NCBI GenBank assembly: GCA_951406725.2
Contig: OX597823.1
Coordinates: 25,234,001-25,298,000, forward strand
Length of the DNA: 64,000 nucleotides
From: Octopus vulgaris
Taxonomy: Eukaryota
Direction: 5' to 3'
How positions within the stretch are numbered: position 1 is the first letter of the stretch; the number at the start of each line of letters is the position of its first letter. A program made the position numbers and the translations under genes. Under the pieces are notes generated by a model that saw only the letters and a program-made list of their open reading frames with translations, was not told the DNA's origin and did no database searches. Below are positions 41,975-58,835 of this stretch, in pieces.

Positions 41975-44900
41975 AAGAACAACAACCACCACCACCACAA
42001 CCAACAACTACTACCACAACCAAAACACCGGAATAAAAGCACTACTACCCACACCACCATCAACACAGAAGACGACAGAAGAAGCACACCAAGCAAATCC
42101 ATCAACAATCGAAAATAATGAAACACCTGAGAAAATACCAACACCACCACCAACAGCAAGAACTAAAGAAATAGAAAAAGATACAAAAACTGATTCCCCA
42201 TCCCCTATACCGTACATACCACACACTAACAGTCAACAACCAACATCAACGAAAACAACAACTCAACACTTACACAAACATACATAGAAGCCTACAACAT
42301 GCCCCTACCCCCTTCTGATTCCTCAGAAATTTCGTCGGAGGACGAAAGCAGTGAGGAATGGCAAATAGCCAGAAAAGGAAAGAGGAAAAGGAGCAAAAAA
42401 AAAAAAAAAGAACCAAACCAAATACAAACGCAAACAAAGCAGGGAGATATACATCTCCCGAAGACATTTCGAAACCTACCACAAACAACAGCAACACCGA
42501 CACCAACACCACAAACATATATACAGCAAACATGCTCACAGCTATAGACACTAAAGACACAGAGTTGATGGAATACATCAAATCAAAAACAAACCTAACA
42601 AAAGATGACATAAAAGCAAACAATCACCCACACACAACACTACCGGAGCACATGAAAATACTACACATCTCACGAAGCCTACACCACACACTAAAATGCA
42701 TTTTCCCCGGTGCGGTTGGTAAATGCCAAAAATACCTTTCGAAAAAACTTTATTGGGATCTCCTCGATAACAAACCGAAGGAGGAGAAAGCAAAAACTTT
42801 CGAGCAGTAAGTAACCCTCTGTTCCTTTCATTTGTGTTTTAACTCACTAAGATTATGATGAAGATTGGTTGTGTGGATGCGCGTGGCTTGGGGTCCCCTT
42901 GGAAGCAAGGGTACCTCTTAAATGACATAAAGTCACACAAGTTAGAAATCATAGCTATAAGTGAGACCAGACTCCATAATCCACGGGCCCTAAAGTTTAT
43001 GTTTGGCGGACAGTTTAACAGTTATTTTTTTCCTTGATTGCCGACCATGGGCGGTAGTGGCACGGTGGTACTTTTTCGCAAGAGTCTGGATCTCGAAGTA
43101 AAGACAATATTCGTAGACCTGGAGGGTAGACTGGTTGTCCTGGATGTCGACGGCAGCAATGAGTACGCTTTTCGACTCGTATTAGTCTACGCACCGCCTT
43201 TAACAGGTCGGCTGGATTTCTTTCGACGTCTAGAAGTATTCCTAGGAACGTCTCGTCCCTTACTTTTAGTGGGGGATTGGAATGCTACCTGGGACACACA
43301 TGTAGACTACGTGGGCAGAGATAGGAATAGACGGGGATGCAAATGCCTCAGAGACCTGCTCAGACGCTTTCAACTGTCTGACAGGTACCGACTCGACCAC
43401 CCGAATGCGCCAGCGTGGACATGGAGCAACCGCATCAGGTCGTCAAGATCGTATCTAGATAGGATACTGTGTAGAACAGTAGATAGAGATAGCGTAGGGT
43501 GTCCATAATTCCACATAGTCAGCTACACGGATCACAAACTTGTGACGTGTACGCTAGACTTAGATAAGACACATAGGCAGGGTCCCGGGTACTGGAAACT
43601 AAACGCGTCTTTCCCATCGAGACAGGTTTTCAGAGACCGGATTAGCACGCTAATAAAGAGGACTTTGACGGGAGCCATCATCAACAACAAAAGGTGGTTT
43701 GCCCTCAAGAGAGCAATAAAAGCAGAAGCTATTAGCTATAGCAAAGCACTAGCCATAGATAGAAACAGAGTAGAGGGTGACCTAGTTAAGAAGCTAGAAG
43801 AGGCGATTAGAAGTGGCATCGTATCCGACGTTTTGGCGGCGAGGTTGGCCCTCGATCAACACTTCAACGCCAAACATGAAGGGTGTGTTGTCAGAGCTAG
43901 GATGCGTGCTGTCAGGAACGAAGGTGTTGGAGTCGCGCGAGAGGCCCGATTGGCTGAGGCGCAACAGGGCAATAAAGCCACCATTTGGTCTCTGGTGGTT
44001 GAACAGGGACGCGAATTACTCGAGCCAAGTAAAATGTATGAGGCCTTTCAACAGCATTTTGCCCGACTGTTCGAGACGAGTGGCGAGCGAGAACGCAGGG
44101 TGGACTTCAGTGCCTATCTGCACAGCCTGCCACGACTCTTGACAAGAGAGGCAGGGTGCTGCGAAGGTGCCATCACGCAGCGGAAGTGCAGGACGCGATG
44201 GCAGAATGCTCGAGAGACAAATCGCCGGGTTTGGATGGTCTACCCAACAAGCTTTACAGTTGTATACCAGACTTGTTTGGAGACGTCTTGGCAACAGTGT
44301 ACTGCAACTGGCAATAAAACAAGAGCATCCCCGGTTTTGTAAGCCGAGGAGCCGTAACGCTGCTGAAGAAAGACCCAAACAAGGGGAACGTAGTAGATAA
44401 CTTTAGACCCATCACTCTGCTCAAAGCAGACTTAAAAATTTTGGCCAAGGTGTTAGCCAAGAGGTTGGCGCTTTTTATCGAGAAACTGGTGGACAATGCG
44501 CATACATGCACCGTGCCGGGCTGGAAACAACCATGATAACCTCCATCTGATGCGCTACATCATAGACAGGGTAGTTAAGGAGCCTGGCATGGGTGGGGCC
44601 CTGATCAATTAGGATCAATCCAAAGCTTTCGATAGGGTAGACCATCGATACTTTGAGGCTGTCCTCATAGCGGATGGTTTCGGTCCCGTCTTCCGCGACT
44701 GGGTAGCTGCTTTGTAGAGGCATCCGTTCGGTAATTCGCATAAATGGACAATCGAGAGCCTTCAACATTGCACGTTGAGTCCGTCAAGGATGCCCCCTCA
44801 GGTCGCTTCTATACGTATTGACTCTCGAGCAACTACTGCGGAAGCTGGCGACGCTGAGGGGCATCCCACGAGAATTGGGATGCGGGACGAGCGTGTCTGC

Positions 44901-46586
44901 ATACGTGGACGACGTCACCGTCATAGTGTCTAGCCAGAAGCACATCGAGTGGTCGGCGAGACACTGAAAGACTACGAAGCGGTAACAGGAGCGAAAACCA
45001 ACCGGGAAAAGTCAGTGGGCTTGCGGCTCAGCACCTGGAGAAGCAAGCCCATGCCATCCACCAGCGCCTCCGTCATGGGACGCTGGACCGACGGTCCAGT
45101 TGAGTTGCTCGGGGTCTGGTTTGATCCGGACCTCAAACGGAGGAGAACTGGAACAAGATAACGAGTAGGGTGGTTACTCACGCCCGGCAATGGGCCGAGA
45201 GGAAACTCCCTAAAAGGTCGGGCGGAGGTGGCGAACACGTACATCGCGTCCGTCATCTACAACCGCCTGACCGTCGTGCCTTGTCCTGACCCTACCATCA
45301 CCAAACTAGAACGCATTCTCTTCCGCTTCTTGTGGAAAGGATGCGTCCCGATGGTCAGGTGATCCATTTGCTGCCAACACCCTTTAAAAGGAGGACTGGG
45401 CATGCCGTGGTTGACGATACGCAGACTCGTGCTGAGACTGCGACATCTCAGGATGTACGTAGACGGTGGTGAACAGGTGTGGTCGCTGTTTGTGACGCTC
45501 GCTTTCCCGCAGCTCGTCTCTATGACCGAACTGCAGTCGTGGATAAAAAAGAGGCCGAGGAAGGGCGAATGGCACCGCAAGTGTCGCGTTGCTCTCAAGC
45601 AACTATGCCGTCCCGGGTCGACCTTGAGCGACTTCAATACAACAAAAGCATTCTATAGGGGATTAGTGGAGGGGAGGAATGACGATGATCTCATGGCGAA
45701 CCTGGGTGTCGACGAGGAATACCTGACCTGCATTTTCAAGACGATTTTCGGGCCGAGACCTATGGACAACTTCCAGCGATCCCTAGCCTGGCAGTGCTAT
45801 CGAGAAGCGCTACCCGTTCGGAATAAGCTCTACAGACATGGCTCGAGAAACACGGGGCCGACCTGCCCGAGATGCGGTCAGAACGACGAAACCGTCCTGT
45901 CCGCACTCGTACAGTGTCCAACTGTTTCCGACCTGTAGGCTTATGTCGAACGACTGCTGTCACGTGTGGGACGAGTCGGTTTATCAACCGAGTCTATCGT
46001 GAATATTGTCACACCTCCATCCTTCAAACGTGAAGGAAGAGCCATTTTCATCGTACTTGTGACTATGGAAAAAGAATGTGTATAGTGGACGCGTCTGAAA
46101 GGTCTAGAGACAAACATTTTCCTCACTGGTCAATCTCTCACCAACTTCTTCAAGTATCACCTGAAGAGGAAGGTGAGGGTAGAGAAGGAAGGTTTGTCTC
46201 GTGAATGTTTCAAATAAAGATGGGTGAAAGTAGCAAGGATGGCACGTGTGAATGACGGAGCCAGCTTGAGCATAATCCTAGGAACCAAAAAAAGAAGAGG
46301 AAAAAAGAGAGACTCTGTAATGTGTTTTTTTTTGCATGACATTATTGCCCAAGGTTATGGTGGTCTTTTCCGTAGGCTTTTCTTTCCACGGATAAACCTA
46401 ATCAGTTTTCCATTTTTACATTGACATTTCTGTGATACACGATCCCTATTGATCGGCTATTTTTTTTCTAAGATCCATTTTGATCGAAATTCGACCCACT
46501 TTTTTTTCTCTTCTTCCCAAAAAGAAAAGCTCTACTTTGTATTTTGTCCCCTCTGTGTTCAGCCCTGTGTGGCCAAAAAAGAAACA
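41975..46586 (+). mobile_element. Near full-length decayed Tx1/L1-clade LINE
   Basis: ORF1 remnant; EN (ISET, LVYAP, VGDWN, SYLDRIL), GPGYWKLN, NFRPITLL, YVDD, KGGLGMP, zf-RVT CPRCGQNDET; many stops; ends in (TATC)n. Confidence 0.88.
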
Positions 46587-46659
<73 letters not shown>

Positions 46660-46666
46660 GTCTGTC

Positions 46667-46706
<40 letters not shown>

Positions 46707-48619
46707 TGCATGTCTGTTTGTGTGTGTGTGTGTGTGTACGTCTGTGTGTCTGCTTACGTATCGAACTACATAACTGTTTGCCTGCCTACATGTCTACGGC
46801 TACTGTACGTTGGTAAAATTTTCACAAATACGCCAGTGAAAAAAAAAAAAGGGGTAAATAAAATGAATTAATCAAAATAGATCCGTAATCATTCTTTCTC
46901 TTGATGTGTTTCTCTTGCGTGCCTACATATCTAAGGCTATAGTAAGCTGGTAAAGTTTGTACAATACGGCTGTGAAAATTAAATAAATACATAAGTTAAT
47001 TAACTAAAATGTGCCCGTACTCACGCTTTCTGTTGACGTTTAATGTTAACAATATGCTATAAACAAATGAATATAAGTTACGATTGAGCAGACGACGATT
47101 AATTGCATGAACGTATATGCATTAAATGAAGGGCAATATTTAAAAAAAGTACCTTTTCACTGACCAATCACTATCTAGGCATCTTAAGCCTGTATGTGGG
47201 CGACTGGTTTACTAGGAAGAGCATCCACATAATCCTCTGATTACAGATGAAGTCTTAAAAAATACATCACATATAATCCCAGACACGCCATTTGATAAAC
47301 ATGATCATAAGGTTGTTTTCTCAGAGGTGACAAGGGGTAGAAAATGGCAGCTGTTTCTTTCCCAACAGAAAAAGACAAATCTATGTTGAAACATTTAAAC
47401 AAATATAAAGAAAATCATACGTGGATTAACGGGAAGATGTCCAGAAGTAAGAGGGCAATGCATTGGATACGATCATATTACACAAATGAACTGAGAGAGT
47501 GACAGAACATGAAAGATATTAACTAAAATGGCTAGCGGAGACAATATTGTTACTACAGATAAAGATGGGTGTTAGTTAAAGATGCAATGGTGGAAAGAAT
47601 CCACGGCAAAGGAATTTCAAGAAAAGCAGTTATTTAGCTTGAAGTCATACCTGATCGAGCGATGAGATCCAACATCGAAGGCAATTCATTCATGACAATC
47701 ACCTTTGTTTTCAGGTATAGTGTACTTTGGAGAAAATCCTAAAATAAATGATGTAATGTTAAGGGAGATTTCATTGCTATTTCTAGCATTTTGTGCAAAA
47801 TTATACAGGCTCTATCTTTGGCTCATGAGGATTTTTGTTACGAGAGATATGAGGAAGAAATGTTAGCTTTCAGGATGTTGTTAATCACAAAAGAGATGAC
47901 AAAAGATAAGTGGCGAATGGTAATACGTAATACGTTCAATCTGAATCAGAATGAACTGGTTCTGGTCTAAGGGAAATAAATCCTACGCACGGGAGGCAAC
48001 TCGGTCCAATCGTAACATTTTCCGATGCTTTACAGCATATTTCAAGCGAAGTGCGTTGAGGTTACGAGGCATAGAAAATCTTCTTAAAGGAGTTAACGAG
48101 GCATATGTAATGAATGCTTCAGACGGAGTTTATCTATACATGACACTCAGTGTTATTAACATGTTATATAATGTATGTAGATAGAACTAAAGGAGAAATC
48201 TGAAGAAACAATGTTTCTGACTGCTATATTCTAGCATGTTTTACCTTGTGAGTTTTATCCATCATTTTTCACTTTATGTAAAGAAGTAAGCAATCTTAAA
48301 ACTCGAACAATATTGAAAATATCATTTATCGCAATATTCAGTAACTGTATGCAAGTAAAGTTTTTACAGAATTTTGGACTGTTATTTGAAAGAAAAACAA
48401 ATGAAAAAAAATCCTAATAACACCGTACTTAAAACCTTGCCACCTTTTCTCTTAACGTCAGCTGTTGTCCATATTTGACTATTTAAGCAGACGACAATCG
48501 ATTGTGCTAACGCGCATGCGTTAAATATAAAAGGTAATGAAAAAATAAACCATTCTTTTCGCTGTCCAAATACTACGTCCGTAACCAAATAATCTCTGCT
48601 AATATCGCCACCACCATCA

Positions 48620-48729
<110 letters not shown>

Positions 48730-48730
48730 G

Positions 48731-50325
48731 CCTTGCGGCTCGGTACCTGGAGAAGCAAGCCCATGCCATCCACCAGCACCCCCGTCGTAGGACGCTGGAC
48801 CGACGGTCCGGTCGAGTTGCTCGGGGTCTAGTTTGGTCCGGACCTCAAACGGAGGAGAACTGGAACAAGATAACGAGTAGGGTGGTCACTCTCGCCCGGC
48901 AATGGGCCGAGAGGAAACTGTCCCTAAAAGGTCGGGCGGAGGTGGCGAACACGTACATTGCGTCCGTCATCTACTACCGCCTGACCATCGTGCCTTGACC
49001 TGACCCTACCATTACCAAACTAGAACGCCTTCTCTTTCGCTTCTAGTGGAAAGGATGCGTCCCGATGGTCAGGTGGTCCATTTGCTGTCAAATCCCGTTA
49101 AAAGGAGGACTGGGCATGCCGTGGATGATGATGCGCAGACTCGCGCTGAGACTGCGACATCTCAGGATGTACGTAGACGGTGGTGAACAGGTGTGGTCGC
49201 CGTTTGTGAGGCACGCTTTCCCACAGCTCGTCTCTATGACCGAACTGCAGTCGTGGATCAAAAAGAGGCCGAGGAAGTGCGAATGGCACCGCAAGTGTCG
49301 CGTTGCTCTCAAGCAACTATGCCGTCCCGGGTCGACCTTGAGCGACTTCAATACAACTAAAGCATTCTATAGGGGATTAGTGGAGGGGAGGAATGACGAC
49401 GATCTCATGGCGAACCTGGGTGTCGACGAGGAATACCTGACCTGCATTTTCAAGACGATTTTCGGGCCGAGACCTATGGACAACTTCCAGCGATCCCTGG
49501 CCTGGCAGTGCTATTGAGAAGCGCTACCCGTTCGGAATAAGCTCTACAGACATGGCTCGAGAAACACAGGGCCGACCTGCCCGAGATGCGGTCAGAACGA
49601 CGAAACCGTCCTGTCCGCACTCGTACAGTGTCCAACTATTTCCGACCTGTAGGCTTATGTCGAACGACTGCTGTCACGTGTGGGACGAGTCGGTTTATCA
49701 ACCGAGTCTATCGTGAATATTGTCACACCTCCATCCTTCAAACGGGAAGGAAGAGCTATTTTCATCATTCTTGTGGCAATGGTGAAAGAATGTATCTGGT
49801 AGACGCGTCTGAAAGGATTGGAGACAAACAATTTCCCCTCTGGTCAATCTCTCAACTTCTTCAAGTATCACTTGAAAAGGAAAGTGAGGGTAGAGAGGCA
49901 AGTTTTGTCTAACGAATGTTTAAAAAAAAGATGGGTGAATGTAGCAAGGATGGTACGTATGAATGACGAAGCCACCTTAAGCATAATCCTATGAACCCGG
50001 AAAAATTTAAAACATAGGGTTACCTACTTGCAGACACATGTGGTAACATGTAATATTATTGACCGAGGTTACGGTGGTCTTTTCCGTAGGCTTTTCTGTC
50101 CACGAATAAACCTTATCTGCTTCTCCCTTTACACTTTACATCATGGCATTTCTGTGATCCACGATCCCTATTGATCGTTTTTTCTTGTTTTCTTTTTTTT
50201 TCTTTCCCTTTTACGACCCTTTTTGATCGAAAACCTACCACACTTTTTTTTCTCCCCAAAAAGAAAAGGTCTACTTTGCAATCTGTCCCGTCAGTGTGCA
50301 GCCCTGTGTGGCTAATACTGAAACA
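48731..50325 (+). mobile_element. 5'-truncated copy of the same Tx1-like LINE
   Basis: Matches ~45020-46586; embedded in (TATC)n/(TGTC)n. Confidence 0.88.
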
Positions 50326-50490
<165 letters not shown>

Positions 50491-50494
50491 GTTT

Positions 50495-50552
<58 letters not shown>

Positions 50553-50556
50553 ATGT

Positions 50557-50656
<100 letters not shown>

Positions 50657-53343
50657 ACGTCTGTGTGTCTGCTTACGTATCGAACTACATTACTGCTTGC
50701 CTGCCTACATGTTTACGGCTACTGTACGTGATCATCCCGTGATCATCCTTTCTCTTGACGTCTTTCTCTTGCGTGCCTACATATCTATGGCTATAGTAAG
50801 TTGGTAAAGTTTGTACAATACGGCTGTGAAAAAATGAATAAGTAAATACATAAATAAGTTAATTAATTAACTAAAATGTACCCGTACTCACTCTTTCTCT
50901 TGACGTTTAATGTTGACCATATGTTATAAATAAATGAATATAAGTTACGAGTGAGCAGAGGACAATTTATTGCATGAATGCACATGCATTAAGTGATGGG
51001 CAACATTTAAAAAAAAGTACCCTTTCGCTGACCAATCACTACCTATGCATCCTTAAGCCAATACAACCACCGTCCGTCCGTCTGCTCATCCTCCCTTTCC
51101 TCCATCAACCAGCCACTGCCTTCTTGACTAAAGGTTTTTAAAAAATCCACAAGAAATGCAGTGTGGTGTATAGTGAACTAACAAAGTGAGGACATCATAT
51201 GAAGGTGATAGTTACACAGAAACAGTTGTAAGTCGAAGCATCAATGAAATGAAGTACATGTACTGCTTTAAGTGGTTTTATGGAATGAATGACCCTATTA
51301 GTTCAGCACGTAGCTGTAGAGAATACATAAAATTTGGTGTAATGAAGGAGAGTTGTGTCTGGTAGCAATTGACGCTTGTATGTGGGCGACTGCTATATTA
51401 GGAAGAGCATCCACATAATCCTCTAATTACAGATGAAATCTTAAAGAAACACATCTCATATAATCCAAGACACACCATTTGATAAACACGATCATAAGGC
51501 TGATTTTTCAGGGTTGACAGTGTTTAGAAAATGGCAACTGTTTCTTTCTCAACAGAAAAGACAGGTCTATCATGAAACATTTTCAAAAATATGGTAGGAA
51601 ACAGGAGTGATGAATGACAAGTGGTAAGAGAGGAATGCGTTGGATAGGATCATATTACATAACTCAACTGAGTGAGTGACAGAACATGAAAGATATTAAT
51701 TGAAGTGGTTAGTAGAGACAATACTGTTGGTACAGACATATATGTGATATAATCAAAGATGGTGTTGATTAAAATGTGTTGCAAGCTGAAGGTGGGAAGT
51801 ATGTAAGGCAGAGGAATATGAAGAAAAGCGTTGCAGTTGTTTCGCATGAAGTCGGCCCAGATCGAAGAATGAGTTTTCATATTGAAAGCATTCTATCCAC
51901 GGCAATCACTATTGTTGTCAGGTATAGAATACTTTGGTGAAAATCTCCGAGCAAATTAATAACGTCTTTATTTAGAGTATAATTTATGGGAGATTTAACT
52001 GCTATTTCTAGCATGTCGTGCGACAACATAGAGTCCCTATTTCTGCTCCGTGAGGGACACTTTTTCAAAGAAGATCTAAGGATGTTGACTGTAGTTTTGT
52101 CCGTCAATGCGATGAAGACCATCTAGTCATCCTTGGGTGGGGGTGGGATTGTTTAGTGAGGCCAATCTGCGCCCGAAAGAGTCTTTGACAGTGTGGACAG
52201 GGAATGGTAGCGCCTGCTACCGGGTTGTTAGCTCTGTTCTTCCTGGCTTGTCTGCGGTATTTTGTAGCAGCGATCCTATTGGTCTCGCATGTGTTTGCAC
52301 CCTTGTGGACAGCTGATCGCCACCCTTCTCTGTCTAGAGCAGACTGCTCCCAAGTGTCATGGTCGATGTTGAAGGCTTTCAGTGAGGCTTTCAGTGTGTT
52401 CTTAAAGCACTTCTTCTGGCTGCCTTGTGAGCGCTTTCCCTTTTGCAGCTCGCTAAAGAGCAATCATTTTGGTAATCGATCGTCTGACATGTTGACTACT
52501 ATGAAGATGGCGATGTAAGCCTTCAGGATGCTGGTCATCACAATAGAAACGACAAAGGAGAAGAAAAGAATAGTAATATGATAAACAATCCAATCTAAAA
52601 TGAGATGGTTCTGATGTAAGGGAAATTATTTCAGAGGCACGGGAGGTAAATCTGTTTAATCGTAATATTTTTCGAAGCATATTTCAAGCTTAGTGCATTG
52701 AGACTAGACATTGAAAATCTTCTTGAAGAGATTAACGAAGTATACAAAATTAATGTATCAGACGGAATTTAGCTGTAAATGAAATCCAGTCATATAACTT
52801 ATGAAACGACATAAAACAGTTTTGTTCCCTAATAGCTATTTCATATATAAAACCATGCAAGCTATTTTAGCTGTTATATTTAGATATGGACCAAAGTCGA
52901 ATATTCCAGACAAAGTCTCTCCACAATTGTGTGTTTGTTTTTCAGCTGCTAATTTGAAGAGAGGGTGCAACTTTTTCTGTAATTCTCTGTATATTAAAGC
53001 TTGTGTTCCTGTCCATTGTCAAAAGAGATGAACATCTTCACAGCCATAATATCCTCCTACCAATACACCAGTTTACACCAAATTTTAAATATCTCTCTAG
53101 TGTATTTGTCTGACAAAGCAATTCATATGAAATCATATTGAATTAAAACCAAAAGAAGAATTTTAAAAAATTAAGAAGTAAATGTATCATGGTGGAAGTC
53201 TGTTTGCTATTTTGTAAACTGTTAAATAGTTAACACAAATGTATCATATATTTTCTATAAATTATGCAACTGCAGATTGCGAAGGAAAAAAACAATGATG
53301 CAATGCTTATCTTGCTTTATTATGTAAACATACATACATACAT

Positions 53344-54046
<703 letters not shown>

Positions 54047-54047
54047 G

Positions 54048-54105
<58 letters not shown>

Positions 54106-54601
54106 TAATATAGGATAAAATTTTTCGAAAAAATATTTTATCAATGGCCAGCATATTAAAAAATACCTTTAAAGGTTAAATTTATAAACAAGGGCAAAAG
54201 AAAAAAATTCTAATGCCAAATATGCCGAAACTAGACACATCGTCCATAACCATATAATTCATCACTATAAGCACGCGACTCGAAGAAAGCCGACAGAAAT
54301 TTCTAAAAAATTCCGTTATTACCATATCGGACCCAATATGGTAATAACGGAATTATACCCATGGGTATAAGTAAGTATTTCATTTATTCCTTTGCCGCAT
54401 TTATCACTGACGAAGAGAAGGTTCTTATGAACTAACTCTGAAATCGGGTCCGATATGGTAATAACGGAATTTTTTAGAAATTTCTGTCGGCTTTCTTCGA
54501 GACGCGTTCTGATAGTGATGAATTATATGGTTATGGACGATGTGTCTAGTTTCGGCATATTTGGCATTAGAAAATTTTTTCTTTTGCCCTTGTTTATAAG
54601 T

Positions 54602-54645
<44 letters not shown>

Positions 54646-54852
54646 CATCCCATTAGAGTTCTTTTATTGACCATTTCAATCATCAAAAAAATTTACTAGT
54701 ACAGCCAAAATGTGCTTTTGCTCTTAGGCAAGGCACATAACTCTACATGTATCAATTTATCTGACTAACAAAACAATAACGATCGAAAATAGATGTAAAA
54801 TAGTTTAATCATTCAAAATCCATTGAAAATTAGAAACAAAGAATGTGATGAT

Positions 54853-54987
<135 letters not shown>

Positions 54988-56291
54988 TCATACATTTTTG
55001 ACTTAGATTATCAACGTAATAAATTATCAGTGTCCTATCAACGTAATAAATTAACAGTGTCCTAGTTGTGACATAGAATTCTGACAAGCCATAGTAGCAA
55101 ATCATGATATTGGCTTAGAATTCTAACTGGTCATACTAACGTGTCATTATAAGGTATAGTGGTTATAGTGTTCTGACGGGTCATAGTAACATGTCAGTGT
55201 TGTTGTTGTTCTTTGTTCCTTCTCGTGCCATGCCCGGCTCATAGGATATCAGAAGTAATACTGCACTGGGATATATATCTAACATAAAGACCAGATCTAC
55301 TTCTACCTGCATTGTTTTTATTGTCTCAATATTTCAGTCGACTGATCTACCAGTACGGCATATACATTTTCCCATTATTAATTTGTCCATTATTCAAACT
55401 TCAGCCGATAAAAGATTAATTGCTATGGTGAAAGCAAAGGCCAGCCATTTTGAATAGTAAATATATATAAAATATTGTCGATAAATATAGCACTCAGCCT
55501 GTTAGCATTCATCAACCAAAACATTAAACAATAATGGGTAAATATATATGCTACACTCGGTAATTGGAGTTAACGCTCTTGCTTGTTTTTAGATTTTAGA
55601 CACAACTAGAGCGAAATTTTATCTACTAATAGCTTAGACAATCCCAGTTGATCAAAGTATTTTTTCAACTCACTATATTACATACGTCAGATCCTAACGT
55701 AACTTAGAGTATGTTATTTTACTCTTTGATCATCAAATTCTAAACACCACCGAGGTTAACTTCTTTCCTCTGATTATGGTGTAAGTCTCAGTATTTTTGT
55801 AGCTAGAGAAATTATATTGGGACAGTCATGCTTTTATTAAGGGTTTTATAACAGTGCAATAAATGAGCTAAAAGCGGCTCTTTCTGGAATCGAAACTGCT
55901 TCATACACTCATCTATACAGTGTTTACTTCCTTCAAGACTACATTCATCATAAGATCAAAATTACATAAAATTTCTGTGCTTATGTCGTAAAACAAACAA
56001 TGTATTAGTTTTCATTTTCTATAACAATTCCATTTATATTTAGGTCTATAAATGACACCAATACTTAACTAGCACCATATTTCATCGACCACGGAAGATG
56101 AAAGCAAGGTTAATCCCAGCATGATAAGAACTCAGTTCATAGGGGGCCTTAATTAAATATCGCAAAACATTTTTATCTGTCTCTAACAATTTTACTAGGC
56201 TACTGCATATGCGTGTGTGTGAATACATATGGATACAGACACTCAAATGGAGATGAGGAGAGGTAAAATAGAGAAGCAGGTTGTGATTTAC

Positions 56292-56557
56292 CTGTTTTTC
56301 ACCAACCAGTAGTCCTGTCCATTTTCTGTTCCGTATCCAACCACCAAGATCCCATGGTTCAATTTGTGGTTACAATCATCACTTACGTAAACGCCATGAC
56401 TGTAGAATTGGAATGTAGTGGGACTTGCATCGATGGAAGCAGAGACCGGACCCACGTTGGCCACTGCTATTTGTAGTGCTTGTTCTGTCTTTAGCACATC
56501 AACATAATTAGTATCAAAAGCGACTACTTTGCTCCTGTTATACCAACACGTCTGTTG
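56292..56557 (-). CDS. Cathepsin L-like gene B, exon 6
   Basis: QQTCWYNRSK...LKTEQALQIAVANVGPVSASIDA...KLNHGILVVGYG...WLVKN-S; 266 nt. Confidence 0.94.
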
Positions 56558-58246
56558 CTATATATATTAAAAAAAATAGCGATATAGAAGTTAGATTAAA
56601 CTGGTAAAACCAGTAAGCAAAAATTGCTTTTTAAATGTCAAAAAATTCTCGATGTCAGCAACAATTATAGAGCAAACACACACATAAATACGCGCGCGCA
56701 CACACACACACATTCTAAAGTGTCTATGCTGTCATCAATGGATAAATAGTAACATGTATAAAAAGCAAATGGATTCAATAATGATAGTAAAGTAAATATT
56801 CGTCATTGAGTGCTGGAAGGATACTGTGTGGCGAAAGCATGTATCGCTGTAGAATCGCAAAGTACTCTCTTAATCGAGTTTATATGGCGTCATAGCATTT
56901 CATAGTGCTTGATATGAACAATCTTACATATAATAAAGCGCAATATTTCACGTCAGTCACTCTGGTAGAGAGAAACTAAAACAACAAACGGAGTAGGAGC
57001 GAATGATAGTCAGAGATGCTAAATCCAGGCGAACTGTAGAGAGACGTTTTGCTCTGAAGTCGCTGATATTTTAATCAAAATAAAACTGCAAATTTTTATC
57101 GTGAATTATATTTATTTTATCTATTTCAGATACACACACATATATGAAATTAGTTATTAAACGCTTTTGCTTTCAAAATATTATCATTAACACAATATTT
57201 ATAACTTATATATATATATATTAAATTAGAAATAAAACCACTATTAGGCAAATCAAACAGTGAAAAACATAAACCAAAACATAGAAATAAAATTAACATA
57301 ATATACAAAATATATAATATATAAAATTCAAAATTTAAATTATTTAAATTTAAAGTTAAAATTTTAAAAAAAATTTCAAATTATTTAATTATACTTATAA
57401 ACTATATATATATATATACATATATTATTATCTTTATTTTTTCAATAATATATTTATTTAATTTTAAAAATATATATATATAACTATCAAAAATTATTAA
57501 AATGTTTAATATAAGATAGTACTATCAATTATCGATTGAAAAAAGCAATATATAAGATATAATAACAATTATAAAATATTTAAAATAACTATCAACCAAT
57601 ATAGTTATTAAAGACTAAAATCTATGCTATCAATACATGTATATACATGAAACCTAACTTTAAAAAAACTCGTATAACTGTTAACGATCTATACATCTCT
57701 TTGGCTAAGTAAAGTCTTATGAATAAACGTAGAGTTAAAATCTAATAATTATATAGAAAAAACTACGATAACTAAATCATTACATAACAACAAGAATTTA
57801 TATAAAATACAAAATTATACAATAATACTTATTAAAATATTTAAATTAAAAAATTAAAAAATTAAAAAATCTTAAATCTTAAAAAATTCAAATATTATTC
57901 AAATATTATATAATTATTTGACTTGAAATTAAATTTAATAATATGAATTGTGATATTTTTGTTAAATGTTTAGGTAATTAGATATTGACTATAACTCAGG
58001 TTAGATTATTTGTAGGTTTATTATGTTTTTTTAAGCCATATTATATCTGAATAGATAAATACATTTTCTATCTATTCTTACCTTAAAAATTAATACTTAA
58101 AAATTAACATTTAACATTATAATCGATTGTATGACATAATGATAAACGTTTGATAATAGAGTTTTTTATAAGAAAAATTATTATTTTATTTATTTCTTAA
58201 AAAAATATTCTTTAAATATATTTGATTATTTATTTAAATATTATCA

Positions 58247-58345
58247 TTAACCTGAAGATTGACTATAACCATAATTCGAATTATTAACTGAATTTAAATT
58301 ATTGTTTTTCGAATTAGGTTATGGGCATGAAACGATCGTAGTGGT
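58247..58345 (+). ncRNA. Type I hammerhead motif with extended stem II (copy at 5661-5759 on minus strand has C3>A)
   Basis: CTGAAGA(58252)-ttgactataacc...ggttatgggcat-GAAA-cgatcg-TA-gtggt; stems I and II imperfect. Confidence 0.6.
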
Positions 58346-58475
58346 TTTACTTTTTATCTTATATTAAACATTTTAATAATTTCTGATAGTTATATATATT
58401 TAAAAAAAATTTAATAAATATATAATTAAAAAAATAATATATATATATATATCTATATCTATATATATATCTATA

Positions 58476-58557
<82 letters not shown>

Positions 58558-58835
58558 TATATATATTTATATATATATATAAAATTTAAAACTATAATAT
58601 AATAATTTAAAAATTTTTTAAAATTTTAACTTTAAATTTAAATAATTTAAATGTTGAATTTTATATTTTATATATTTTATATATTATATTAATTAATTTT
58701 ATTTCTATGTTTTGGTTTATGTTTTTCACTGTTTGATTTGCCTAATAGTGGTTTTATCTCTAATTCAATATATATATTTATACTGTAAAATTAGATTTAA
58801 TCCTAAATCTAATTTTTCCCTGTAATTTTTCCTCA

